A DNA stretch of 64,000 bases from Minisyncoccota bacterium (GCA_020059045.1 JAGVCW010000018.1:25320-89319), one strand, 5' to 3'. Shown: positions 1-8,781, counted from the first letter of the stretch. Notes: generated by a model from the letters alone, not told the origin. Program-made: numbers and translations.

Positions 1-378
1 CAGACGCTTCAATCAGTCTTCGCATCATGTACTTCTTTTGGATAATCTCAGAGTAGTGCTTAATATTTGCAGAAGAGGGGACCACATTTACAAGCTCTGT
101 CAGATAGCTTGATCCACCAATCTGCTCTAAAAGGTTTTTTTCCTTGAGTCGAGATGAAAGTGACAATAAGTCGATAGGTGTACGCTTGGAGAAAAGTTCA
201 AGCATAGTATCAAACGCTATTGCGTTTCTCTCAGAGTAGAAAGTTTTTGTTGTAATAATATCTATAACCTCATATATTGCATCAGGGCGCAGCATTATAG
301 AGCCAAGTAGTGCCAACTCAGCTTCGGTACTTTGCGGAGGAATTCGTACTTTTTCTTTTATAAGTTGGTCAGCCATAA
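1..378 (-). CDS. dnaB: replicative DNA helicase DnaB, N-terminal fragment (gene runs off the window start)
   Basis: Minus-strand ORF starting at ATG 376-378. Translation MADQLIKEKVRIPPQSTEAELALLGSIMLRPDAIYEV... fits the DnaB N-terminal domain pattern. Absent from the ORF track because it is truncated by the window edge. Confidence 0.6.
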
Positions 379-522
379 GTGGGCACATTCTATCATGGAG
401 ACCTGGTACAACTAAAAGTATTAAACCATGCACAAACTGTGATTAAACTGGGGAGTAGACAAGCCGAAACCTTTCTGTAGAATCCATATTGGAACGATAG
501 GGTTCCTACACCCGGAGACCCC

Positions 523-1059
523 ATGCAAATAAGAGATACGGACAGGCTGTATCGCATTGCGTATTTCACAGTTGAAGAGCCTGCTCGACCCACACTAGTA
601 AGTCCTTGTGGCTTAAGGTGTAGAGCATTTTTCTTCTTCATGGTAGTGAATCCTCCGTACCTTTTAGCAAGGCTTGTCTGGTTTGCCATAGCAACTATCT
701 TTTTCTTCTTTTTCGGACTCCACGTGACAAAAATTCATAGGAACTTCGAAATAGCGGTTGCAGAATCCAAGTTCTGGCCAAAAGTGGGGGATGACGGTTT
801 TCCAATCGTTCCACTTACAATACTTGTTCCTCTCGGCATTCTTTACTTTGTTTATCACTTCGAGAGGGTGTACCCGACTGTGTTCGTAACTATTTTCGGA
901 GTCATTCTTGGCATAGTAATCATCTTCATTTTTGCGGCGGTACTTATGAGTATAAGAGACAACTTGTATCTCCACGGAAGGACACGCAAGTACATAAGGA
1001 GAATTGAGAGACGTTTTGCAGAAGCGTGCAAAACAGTAGAAGTGGTCAAAGGTAGGTAA
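523..1059 (+). CDS. hypothetical small integral membrane protein (true start probably internal, around 640)
   Basis: ORF is strongly hydrophobic from about 640 onward (MVVNPPYLLARLVWFAIATIFFFFFGL...). The N-terminal third overlaps a GC-rich non-coding-looking patch. A strong GC hairpin terminator follows at 1104-1146. Confidence 0.35.
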   Translation: MQIRDTDRLYRIAYFTVEEPARPTLVSPCGLRCRAFFFFMVVNPPYLLARLVWFAIATIFFFFFGLHVTKIHRNFEIAVAESKFWPKVGDDGFPIVPLTILVPLGILYFVYHFERVYPTVFVTIFGVILGIVIIFIFAAVLMSIRDNLYLHGRTRKYIRRIERRFAEACKTVEVVKGR

Positions 1060-1103
1060 TTCACTCGGCGGTTGTAATCTACAACTGCTTTTTATTTTAT
1101 ATA

Positions 1104-1146
1104 ACAACTTATAGCGAGGGGGGTCCTCGCTGTAAGTTGTTTTGCC
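1104..1146 (+). terminator. intrinsic terminator (extended GC hairpin followed by a T-run)
   Basis: ACAACTTAtaGCGAGGggggtCCTCGCtgTAAGTTGT followed by TTTTG. A second similar hairpin, CTTGAGGggagtCCTCAAG, sits at 1151-1169. Confidence 0.55.
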
Positions 1147-1244
1147 ATGCCTTGAGGGGAGTCCTCAAGACAATATTATAAGTTGACCATTGATGTATTA
1201 GTATGTATAGTTACTGAAGAATCCTTCTATCCCGGAGAAAGCAA

Positions 1245-1670
1245 ATGATGAAGAAGGGAAGGACCCGCACTCAAGCGGATGCGGTGGCTCTATTAAAAGA
1301 CACTGTAGATTTCTATAGTCGTGATCCTGAAAGTTTACGAGCTTATGTTGAAAAGGGTGAGAACGGTTTTGGCGAGTGCTTGTATAGAACACGTGATGGC
1401 CGGTGCTGCGCAGTGGGGCGCCATCTCCGGAATCCAGAACATACACAACAGTTTTTTCCGGCAAAAGTAGTTTCGGAAATTTCTTACCTTGAAACAAGGT
1501 TACAACCTCAAAGTCGAGGATTCCCCTTAGATTTCTGGGTGGCTATCCAAGTTCTTCATGATGACTCCAATCATTGGACCAAGAAAGGTATTTCGTACAA
1601 AGGAAAAAGAAAAGTAGATCAAATTCGTAAGTGGATCCGGAAGAACATACCGGTACCGCGTAAGGGGTGA
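1245..1670 (+). CDS. hypothetical protein
   Basis: 141 aa ORF, MMKKGRTRTQADAVALLKDTVDFYSRDPESLRAYVEKGENGFGECLYRTRDGRCCAVGRHL..., with moderately high GC. No family recognised. A convergent terminator lies at about 1678-1708. Confidence 0.4.
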   Translation: MMKKGRTRTQADAVALLKDTVDFYSRDPESLRAYVEKGENGFGECLYRTRDGRCCAVGRHLRNPEHTQQFFPAKVVSEISYLETRLQPQSRGFPLDFWVAIQVLHDDSNHWTKKGISYKGKRKVDQIRKWIRKNIPVPRKG

Positions 1671-1732
1671 AAGTCCCAGACCATTCATAAGGAGTGGTTT
1701 TTTTGTTTAAACTCTAATGTAAAACTATTTTA

Positions 1733-3145
1733 TTAGTGTTTTGAAATCCGTGGTCCTTCCTGTAGGTCCTCAACCAGGTATCCTTTTGATTTTAGAATCT
1801 CACGAATCTCATCTGATTTCTTGAAATCCTTATTTTTTCTTGCATCTTCTCTTTCTGAAATAAGTGCTTGAATATCCGCAGGCAAGTTGTCGATATAAGT
1901 TATTTTCTCCTCCATGAATGAGTTCCCAAGACCGAGCCCCAACACTTTGTCAAATTGCAGAAGAGTATTTCGCTTCATATTTTCATTCAAGTCACTTTTG
2001 AGTACTTCCCAGGCGAGAGCAAGTGCTTCTGCCGTATTTAAATCATCCTCAATTACTGCCTTAAATTTGCTCATGTATTCCTCGTCTGGCGCGGCAGTAG
2101 CTTCCTCAAGCGAATGAAATTGTTTTAACAAATTTTCTAAGCCATTTTGAGCCCCACGGAGAGCCTCCCAGCTAAAGTTGGTTGGGGTTTTATAGTGTGA
2201 CCCAAGGAGTAGGTATCTGAGTGCAATTGGGGAAAATCCTTTCTCAATTATTTCAGATAGGTACACCACATTTCCATCTGATTTAGCAATTTTTGAATCA
2301 TTAATCTGCAAGTGAGCTCGGTGAAGCCAGTATCGCGAAAAAGGAGTTTTACCCGTAGCTGCCTCTGATTGAGCAATCTCGTTGTTGTGATGTATTGAGA
2401 CATGCTCTATACCTCCAGTATGTATATCAATCTGTGGGCCCAGTATTTTTATAATCATCGCAGAACACTCAATATGCCAGCCAGGAAACCCTTGTCCCCA
2501 CGGAGAAATCCATCCAATTTTCTCGTTAAATTTCCAAAGAGCAAAATCTTCTGAGTTGATTTTTTCTTGGTTTAGACCAATACGAGTTTGGCTTTCATCC
2601 TTTTTTAAGTTCAAGCCACCAAGCTCTCCATAGTTAGGAAACTTGGAAGTATCAAAGTAGATTCCATCCGAAGTTTTGTAGGCAAAACCTTTTTCTTCAA
2701 GTGCTTTGATTAATTCAATTTGCTCTGGAATGTAATCACTTGCATATGGGAAGGTGGTACCAACAGTATTTATATTTAATTTTTCTATGTCAGACAGGAA
2801 GATTTCAGCGTACTTTTTTCCAAGTAGTTTCATATTTTCGAGAGTTTGCTCCAGACCATCGTTTCTCAACCCTTTGGCCATTTTGTCTTCTCCTTCGTCT
2901 GGGGTACCAAGATTCTCTCCGGTTAGGTGCCCAAAGTCTGTGAAGTTAATGACTTGTTTTACCTCTAATCCGCCATGCTCGAGTGTGCGACGAAGAATGT
3001 CTGTAAAAACAAACATCGAAAGATTCCCAATATGCTGAACACCGTATACTGTAGGCCCGCAGTTATACATGCTTACCTTACCCTCCTGAATTGGTTTAAA
3101 CTCTTCTTTTTTACCAGTTAATGTATTTGTGAGATGCAAGGTCAT
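1733..3145 (-). CDS. cysS: cysteinyl-tRNA synthetase
   Basis: 470 aa class I aaRS. It carries the HIGH-type motif (CGPTVYGVQHIGN) and a KMSKS-like motif (KIAKSDG), with overall CysRS architecture. Confidence 0.92.
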   Translation of the reverse strand: MTLHLTNTLTGKKEEFKPIQEGKVSMYNCGPTVYGVQHIGNLSMFVFTDILRRTLEHGGLEVKQVINFTDFGHLTGENLGTPDEGEDKMAKGLRNDGLEQTLENMKLLGKKYAEIFLSDIEKLNINTVGTTFPYASDYIPEQIELIKALEEKGFAYKTSDGIYFDTSKFPNYGELGGLNLKKDESQTRIGLNQEKINSEDFALWKFNEKIGWISPWGQGFPGWHIECSAMIIKILGPQIDIHTGGIEHVSIHHNNEIAQSEAATGKTPFSRYWLHRAHLQINDSKIAKSDGNVVYLSEIIEKGFSPIALRYLLLGSHYKTPTNFSWEALRGAQNGLENLLKQFHSLEEATAAPDEEYMSKFKAVIEDDLNTAEALALAWEVLKSDLNENMKRNTLLQFDKVLGLGLGNSFMEEKITYIDNLPADIQALISEREDARKNKDFKKSDEIREILKSKGYLVEDLQEGPRISKH

Positions 3146-3234
3146 ATAGTTGAATAAAGAATAGCGAATATCGAGGGTGGAGTAAACATACTCTTAATTC
3201 ATCATTCCTTATTCCTTACTCTTCCTCCGACATC

Positions 3235-4152
3235 CTACAGCCAGTGCCTATGCTTAAAATAAGCAAACATGAGAAGACAGGCAAAAGCCATAATTCCGAG
3301 TATGTACCAGAAATCGTTCGGTGATCCAATGATAGGGACCGAATCAGCTTCAATGGAAAAGATAGCCGCAATAAGTGTTAGTGGGAATGTCACAAACGCC
3401 ATAATAGTTAGCGTTTTCATGATCTCATTTTCCTTTGTAGAAAGTATTGAATTGTTCGTTTCTCGTAGTTCAGCCACAAACTCCAGGTTATTTGTCAGAA
3501 TATTTTGAACCTTTGAGTACTCGTTTATTACGGACTTAATGTGGTGAGAGAAGTATTCTCCAAACATTCTGTGTCCGAACGAATCAAGCGAATCCAGGAT
3601 CTCCCGATGGAAAACTGTTATTTTTCTGAAGTTCAGTAGTTCGCGGCTCACTTCAGAGAGTGCACGAACCATTTCTTTCTCTTTTCCTTCAAATATATTT
3701 TTTTCAATTTTCGAGAGCCAATTATCAATATACTCAAGTTCGTTGAAAAGTGACATATAAATCTCATTTACAATACCAAAGAAGATTTCCCCGGTAATAT
3801 TTTCACCGAATCCCTTATCAAGTATTGTGTTAACCTCTACCACTTTTGCAAACTTGTCTACAGAGTCTATGGTGTCGTAGCGGGTAGTAATGAGGAAGTT
3901 CTTCCCAATGACGAAATCAATTTCCTGTCGGACCTCACTATCAGTATGGCTGTGTTTGAAAGCGGGGAAATGCAGAATAACGTATATATATTGTTTGTAG
4001 AGCTCTACTCTAGATTTGATAGTAGGGGAGATCAGCTCATGAGCAATATCTCTACTTAAAGAGAATTCCTCCATCACACTTCTGATCTCATCTTCTGTGG
4101 GTTTGGTGATATCTATCCAGACTACACCTCTGTAGTTATATCGATTTATCAT
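3235..4152 (-). CDS. CorA-family divalent cation transporter homologue lacking the GMN signature
   Basis: 305 aa with two C-terminal TM helices and a CorA-like C-terminus (LTIMAFVTFPLTLIAAIFSIEADSVP...YFKHRHWL). The position of the canonical YGMNF loop reads FSIEA instead. Confidence 0.75.
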   Translation of the reverse strand: MINRYNYRGVVWIDITKPTEDEIRSVMEEFSLSRDIAHELISPTIKSRVELYKQYIYVILHFPAFKHSHTDSEVRQEIDFVIGKNFLITTRYDTIDSVDKFAKVVEVNTILDKGFGENITGEIFFGIVNEIYMSLFNELEYIDNWLSKIEKNIFEGKEKEMVRALSEVSRELLNFRKITVFHREILDSLDSFGHRMFGEYFSHHIKSVINEYSKVQNILTNNLEFVAELRETNNSILSTKENEIMKTLTIMAFVTFPLTLIAAIFSIEADSVPIIGSPNDFWYILGIMAFACLLMFAYFKHRHWL

Positions 4153-4285
4153 TCACTTAGAAATTTAAATATGCAACATAATAATTTTAGCATATTCTTT
4201 TGTCATTGTGCATGTATAAACATGGATGCCAAAATTTTCGACTCTGTTATAATGGTTCCTACATGTTTGAAGCTGTCGCGCACAA

Positions 4286-5515
4286 ATGAATACATACAAC
4301 AAAAATATATACTCCGCAGTTGCGCTCGTTGCAGTGTTTATTCTTGTATTTTCACTAGGGTTTCAGTCTGGTGAAAAAAGCCGGCATCTTGGTGTAGAAA
4401 ATGTTGAGCTTCAAAACAAGGAGACTGATACGAAAGTTGAGGCCGATTTCGGAGCTTTCTGGAAAGCTTGGAATCTTATAAACGAAAAGTATGTTCCGGC
4501 CTCATCTACCCTGAAAGCGGTGACGGATGAGGAGAAAGTTTGGGGAGCTATTAGCGGACTTGCATCTTCACTCGATGATCCCTATACCGTGTTTCTTCCT
4601 CCTGTAGAAAATGAAATATTTGAAAGTGATGTGAGAGGTAATTTCGAAGGAGTTGGTATGGAAGTTGGCATTCGTGACGGAGTGCTCACAGTCATAGCGC
4701 CCCTCAAGGGAACCCCAGCTTACAATGCCGGGATTAAAACTGGTGACAGAATTACAAATATTGATGGAGTCACTACATACAATCTATCCACCGAAGAATC
4801 AGTGCTCCTTATACGGGGTGAGAAGGGGACAAGGGTAGTGTTTACAATAATTCGTGAGGGAAGCGACGAGCCTCTCGAGATTGGTGTTATAAGAGACGTA
4901 ATCAATATTCCTACTCTTTCGACAAGTCTACGTGCTGACGGTGTGTTTGTAATAGAGCTTTACAACTTTTCAGAGAATTCTCCGAACCTTTTCCGTGCGG
5001 CACTTCGTGAATTCGTGGACGCAAACACCGACAAGCTACTTCTCGACCTTCGCGGCAACCCAGGTGGTTACCTAGAAGCTTCCATAGATATGGCAAGCTG
5101 GTTCCTAGCACCCGGAAAAGTTGTGGTCCGAGAAGATTTCGCTGGAAAGCAAGAAGAAGTTATCCATCGAAGCAGGGGTTATGACATATTTAATAGCAAT
5201 CTCAAATTTGTAATACTTGTAAACGGCGGCTCCGCTTCTGCATCAGAAATTCTTGCTGGAGCGTTGAAGGAGCACGGTGTTGCTAAGCTTGTGGGGAACA
5301 AAACATTTGGCAAGGGCTCAGTCCAAGAGCTTATCAGTATTACTCCGGAGACGTCCCTCAAGGTCACCATCGCGCGGTGGCTTACTCCAAACGGTGTCTC
5401 AATTTCTGCAAGCGGTGTAGCACCTCACTTTGAAGTCAAGAATACTCCAGAGGATGTGAAAAATGGTGTTGACCGTGAGAAGGATAAAGCCATAGAGGTT
5501 CTCCTTAATTGGTAG
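4286..5515 (+). CDS. ctpA: carboxyl-terminal processing protease (S41 family, PDZ-containing)
   Basis: 409 aa with an N-terminal signal/TM segment, a PDZ-like segment, and the S41 catalytic region LDLRGNPGGYLEASIDMASWF...NGGSASASEILAGALKE. Confidence 0.88.
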   Translation: MNTYNKNIYSAVALVAVFILVFSLGFQSGEKSRHLGVENVELQNKETDTKVEADFGAFWKAWNLINEKYVPASSTLKAVTDEEKVWGAISGLASSLDDPYTVFLPPVENEIFESDVRGNFEGVGMEVGIRDGVLTVIAPLKGTPAYNAGIKTGDRITNIDGVTTYNLSTEESVLLIRGEKGTRVVFTIIREGSDEPLEIGVIRDVINIPTLSTSLRADGVFVIELYNFSENSPNLFRAALREFVDANTDKLLLDLRGNPGGYLEASIDMASWFLAPGKVVVREDFAGKQEEVIHRSRGYDIFNSNLKFVILVNGGSASASEILAGALKEHGVAKLVGNKTFGKGSVQELISITPETSLKVTIARWLTPNGVSISASGVAPHFEVKNTPEDVKNGVDREKDKAIEVLLNW

Positions 5516-5587
5516 GCTGGCAATCGTTTCCCATTGGACAAAGAGCTATTTATAAGTAGTATTAAACCCTAAATAATAAGATTAGGA

Positions 5588-5715
5588 ATCCCGTTAGAGA
5601 CGGTCGGGGTTAAGAGTAATATACAATAGTAATAAGCGTTTAGAGGTCGAAAAAATCATTTAATAAAAAATCTAATCAAGACAGGAATCGAAAGGTTCCT
5701 TGTCTCTAACGGGAT
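5588..5715 (+). repeat. TIR-bounded ~125 bp element, copy 3 (ATCCCGTTAGA ... TCTAACGGGAT), ending in the rplI start codon
   Basis: A perfect 11 bp inverted repeat at 5588-5598 and 5705-5715. The final AT of the downstream repeat is the first two bases of the rplI ATG (5714). An internal hairpin GACAGGAAtcgaaaggTTCCTTGTC precedes the downstream repeat. Related copies are at 26261-26385 and 54938-55062. Confidence 0.7.
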
Positions 5716-6163
5716 GAAGGTAATACTACTAAAAGATGTGCCAAAGATTGGTAAGAAATATGAGGTCAAGAACGTGGCTGAAGGTCATGCTCTCAATTTT
5801 CTTATACCCCGGGGTCTAGTTGAGACTGCCACAAAGAGCGCTTTAGAGAAGGTTAAGACTTACAAGACTCAAGATGAAGCAAGGAGGAAAATACAGGAAG
5901 ACCTACTTCTGAAAAATATTGCGGATCTCGAGGGTGTAAAGATAGAGATGAGCGAAACAGCGAATGACAAGGGTCACCTTTTTGCAGGTATTCACAAAGA
6001 AGAGATAATCCCAGAAATTTCAAAACAGACTAAGCTTGAGATTCTTCCAGAGCACCTTCTGCTTGATAAGCCTATTAAGTCTGTCGGTGAACATATAATA
6101 GAAGTCAAAATCAGAGATACTCACGCCAAATTCACTCTAATTGTAAGCGCAAAGACAGATTAA
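5714..6163 (+). CDS. rplI: 50S ribosomal protein L9
   Basis: 149 aa, MKVILLKDVPKIGKKYEVKNVAEGHALNFLIPRGL..., canonical L9 N-terminus. Confidence 0.9.
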   Translation: MKVILLKDVPKIGKKYEVKNVAEGHALNFLIPRGLVETATKSALEKVKTYKTQDEARRKIQEDLLLKNIADLEGVKIEMSETANDKGHLFAGIHKEEIIPEISKQTKLEILPEHLLLDKPIKSVGEHIIEVKIRDTHAKFTLIVSAKTD

Positions 6164-6214
6164 ACTAACAAGCGGCAAAGTTATTATAGGCTAAACATAT
6201 AAAAGAAAGACCCG

Positions 6215-6650
6215 GAGCGAAACGCTCACGGGCCCGTACTGCATGTATGCAAAGTCCAATTTCTGGACTGAAAGATCTTAACCCGCTTGCCGAACACCTG
6301 GCTCTCGGCCGGCAAGCGGGTCGTGTTCAGAGGAAGCTCGAGTGCTGCCTCGTCATGGGAGTGGATGCGGTTTCACTCCGATTACAGTGTGCCCGGCCGG
6401 GGCTCCGCATCAGCGCTTCCACCTCGTTGGAGACGGTCGCTTTCCCAAACACTTATTAGACCCTTGCGCCGTTTTTTACCAGCACGCTTAGGTGGTTTGA
6501 GCATGACTCGACAGCCTTCCTTTGAACACCCACCTCGGTTTCTTCCCCGGCTGTGAGGGAGGACTTCTGACTACCCCGAGGTGTCACTTACTTGTTTAAC
6601 CTGCCCTGGAGCTTCTGCCGGGACCCAAAGGGACCCCACAGGCGCTAGCA
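6215..6650 (-). ncRNA. rnpB: RNase P RNA (bacterial type), probable
   Basis: A GC-rich ~430 nt non-coding block. The minus strand carries GCTCCAGGGCAGG (compare E. coli GCUCCAUAGGGCAGG), an upstream GTCCCGGCAGAAGCTCC (P4 5' strand-like), and a 3' ACGACCCGCTTGCCGGCC (compare ACAGAACCCGGCUUA). A terminator-like hairpin plus U-run lies at its 3' end (about 6210-6235). The only ORFs here are short and overlapping. Confidence 0.55.
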
Positions 6651-6800
6651 GATATTTGTTCCTACATGTCCTGTAACTAGCTCCAGAGCATTCTATTATC
6701 TATTATAGCATGCCCACTTTTTTTGTCAAGCAATTTAGCATGAAAATAGAAAAAACTTTGCTAGACAATCAAAATAAGCCTTAAAACAAAGCTTTTTTCA

Positions 6801-6831
6801 AAAATGTTAAACACTCGGTGTTTAACATTTT
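6801..6831. terminator. bidirectional intrinsic terminator (perfect 14 bp inverted repeat flanked by A- and T-runs)
   Basis: AAAATGTTAAACACtcgGTGTTTAACATTTT lies between rnpB and rpmA on the minus strand. Confidence 0.6.
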
Positions 6832-6849
6832 AGAATCAAAATAATATAT

Positions 6850-7065
6850 AAAAAAAGATCCTGCAGGTTGCATTCGCCTCCTCTTTACTCCTCACTCTTA
6901 ATTCTCTGCTCCTAATTCTTTATTCTCCATTCCTCATTCTACGATTCATCATTCATTCTTCTCCCTTTCCACTGCACTCATTATTTTAGTAGTTAGATCA
7001 ATTAGAAATTCTCTCCCTTACTCCTCATTCTTCCCCCGCTCTTGCTACGTTGTTGGTTGTCGGTG
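6850..7065. repeat. polypyrimidine (+ strand) ATTCNT/TCCTCATTC-rich tract, locus A, containing a 39 bp core shared with locus B (6979-7017)
   Basis: Low-complexity CT-rich + strand run (tcctcattc, attcat repeats). The core cattattttagtagttagatcaattagaaattctctccc matches 37848-37886 at 35 of 39 positions. Confidence 0.6.
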
Positions 7066-7081
7066 GTTGGTTGTAAGTTCT

Positions 7082-7354
7082 CTACACCACCTGTATTACC
7101 TTCTTCACAATAATTTTATTATTAAAGTGTATTTTTCTTTTACTTTTCATTTGGACAATCCCATCCTTGAGTGCAAATATAGTGTGGTCTCTGCCAATAG
7201 AAGTGTTTTTTCCTGGCATTACATCTGTGCCTCTCTGACGCACGAGAATAGACCCAGTATACGTCTGGGTTCCGGGTGTGACCTTAATCCCCAGATATTT
7301 TGGGTTTGAGTCTCTTCCGTTTTTTGTCGATCCTCCCGCTTTCTTTGTTGCCAT
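7082..7354 (-). CDS. rpmA: 50S ribosomal protein L27
   Basis: 90 aa, [25 protein letters not shown]..., canonical L27. Confidence 0.92.
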   Translation of the reverse strand: MATKKAGGSTKNGRDSNPKYLGIKVTPGTQTYTGSILVRQRGTDVMPGKNTSIGRDHTIFALKDGIVQMKSKRKIHFNNKIIVKKVIQVV

Positions 7355-7407
7355 GTGTATTGAAACTTATTCGTATATTAGTATGCTTAACCTATAAATA
7401 ACAGGCT

Positions 7408-7914
7408 ATGAGTATACAAGAAGAGGGAGAGAAAGACAAGCAGGGAAATAGCTTAGAAACAGACATAACTGAAGAGGAATTTGACATTGTGCCTTCAAAC
7501 GGAGCTGTCGCAAAGACTTCTCCGTGGAAGCATGTAGTAAGCATTCTTATTATTGTTCTAGTTGGCACAGCATCTTTTGGTCTTGGGAGACTCTCTTTTT
7601 ACGAGAAGAAAACAGCCCCGGTTACAATTGAGACAAGTGTGATAGAGCCTAGAAGTGAAGAGGTTTCTGGGGAAGTGAAGGGTGCCTCAGTTGCAATCCC
7701 TACTACCATTACAAACAAGCCGCCTGTTGCACCAGCCCAAGCACCAACTGCCGGGGAAGAGGTGGTTGCGTCAAGAAGCGGTAGCAAGTACCACTATCCA
7801 TGGTGTGCCGGCGCGAAACAAATTGCAGATAAGAACAAAATAGTTTTTCAATCATTTGAAAGCGCTAGAGCTGCAGGCTATACCCCAGCTGCAAATTGCA
7901 AAGGGCTTAGGTAA
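7408..7914 (+). CDS. membrane-anchored protein with a C-terminal Ada-like (Ada_Zn_binding-type) Cys/AGY domain
   Basis: 168 aa with an acidic N-terminus and one TM helix (VVSILIIVLVGTASFGLG). The C-terminus KYHYPWCAGAKQIADKNKIVFQSFESARAAGYTPAANCKG resembles the Ada N-terminal metal-binding consensus (C...N.v.F.s.eeA.aaGYrPC). Confidence 0.4.
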   Translation: MSIQEEGEKDKQGNSLETDITEEEFDIVPSNGAVAKTSPWKHVVSILIIVLVGTASFGLGRLSFYEKKTAPVTIETSVIEPRSEEVSGEVKGASVAIPTTITNKPPVAPAQAPTAGEEVVASRSGSKYHYPWCAGAKQIADKNKIVFQSFESARAAGYTPAANCKGLR

Positions 7915-7952
7915 TCCTAAATAATTCTTTATACTTAGTAGCCTAGATTACT

Positions 7953-8195
7953 ATGCCGAAAAAATATAAAATTATTTTTCTACAAACTGCGGGATTTCTC
8001 TTATTTGTGCTTGGAGTTATTTCTCTTTTTCTACCTTTTTTACAGGGTATAATATTTATCATATGCGGCCTCTATCTCATGTCTCTTAGTAATCCAAAGT
8101 ATGAAAAATTATTTAATGAAAGCCTCTCGAAGTTTCCCAGATTACATCGTATGTATATCCGTTTTCATAATAAAATAAAAGAATGGTTATTGTAG
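7953..8195 (+). CDS. small two-TM membrane protein (DUF454/YbaN-like?)
   Basis: 80 aa, with hydrophobic segments FLQTAGFLLFVLGVISLFLPFLQGIIFIICGLYLM. Confidence 0.35.
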   Translation: MPKKYKIIFLQTAGFLLFVLGVISLFLPFLQGIIFIICGLYLMSLSNPKYEKLFNESLSKFPRLHRMYIRFHNKIKEWLL

Positions 8196-8770
8196 ATGTA
8201 GAGACTACAGGTACAGACCCAAACAAGCACTCTCTTGTAAGCATTGGTGCAGTTGAGTTTGAGCGGCCAGATAGGCAATTTTACGAAGAGTGCCGGATTT
8301 GGGATGGAGCTCATATGGATCCAGAAGCACTTCAAATAAACGGTTTAAGTGAAAGTGATGTTACCGATCCGTCAAAGCAGACGGAAGCTGAACTTGTAGC
8401 AAATTTTAGTAGGTGGACCGAGGGGTGCACTGACCTCGTCATTGCTGGACAAAATGTTTTCTTCGACATGCGATTTATTGAGCAAGCCGCATTAAGAGCA
8501 GGTGTTTCAGTGTCCTTTTCAAGAAGAATAGTAGATAACCACTCAATTACTTATTACCACATGAGAAAACGTCGAATAACGCCGCCACTACATGGTCGCA
8601 AGACCAATCTCGATTCGGATACCATAATGGCTTATGTTGGTATCCCAGTAGAGCCGAAGCCGCACAATGGGCTGAATGGTGCGATCTGGGAAGCAGAAGC
8701 ACTTCACAGACTAATGTTTGATAAACCACTTTTTGATCGATTTAAAATACACGCGATTCCTTGGCTTTAA
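8183..8770 (+). CDS. DEDD-family 3'-5' exonuclease (DnaQ-like)
   Basis: 195 aa. The Exo I motif MVIVDVETTGTDP sits at the N-terminus, followed by a DEDDh-type fold pattern. Confidence 0.75.
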   Translation: MVIVDVETTGTDPNKHSLVSIGAVEFERPDRQFYEECRIWDGAHMDPEALQINGLSESDVTDPSKQTEAELVANFSRWTEGCTDLVIAGQNVFFDMRFIEQAALRAGVSVSFSRRIVDNHSITYYHMRKRRITPPLHGRKTNLDSDTIMAYVGIPVEPKPHNGLNGAIWEAEALHRLMFDKPLFDRFKIHAIPWL

Positions 8771-8781
8771 CACTAAAGTTA

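Noticed and set aside
393-1059. Overlapping ORFs 393-689 (minus) and the N-terminal part of 523-1059 (plus) in a GC-rich patch. I also asked whether the patch (about 440-640) is a tmRNA, tRNA or SRP RNA.
   Set aside because: Neither ORF has RBS or family support, and they overlap antisense. I found no tRNA-like T-arm (TTCRANY loop), no tmRNA tag-peptide frame, and no SRP domain IV motif. I left it as unexplained non-coding or leader sequence for the divergent dnaB and membrane-protein genes.
6247-6556. ORFs 6247-6459 and 6287-6556 (plus).
   Set aside because: They lie entirely inside the GC-rich block that carries RNase P RNA signature strings on the minus strand, so they are almost certainly artefacts.
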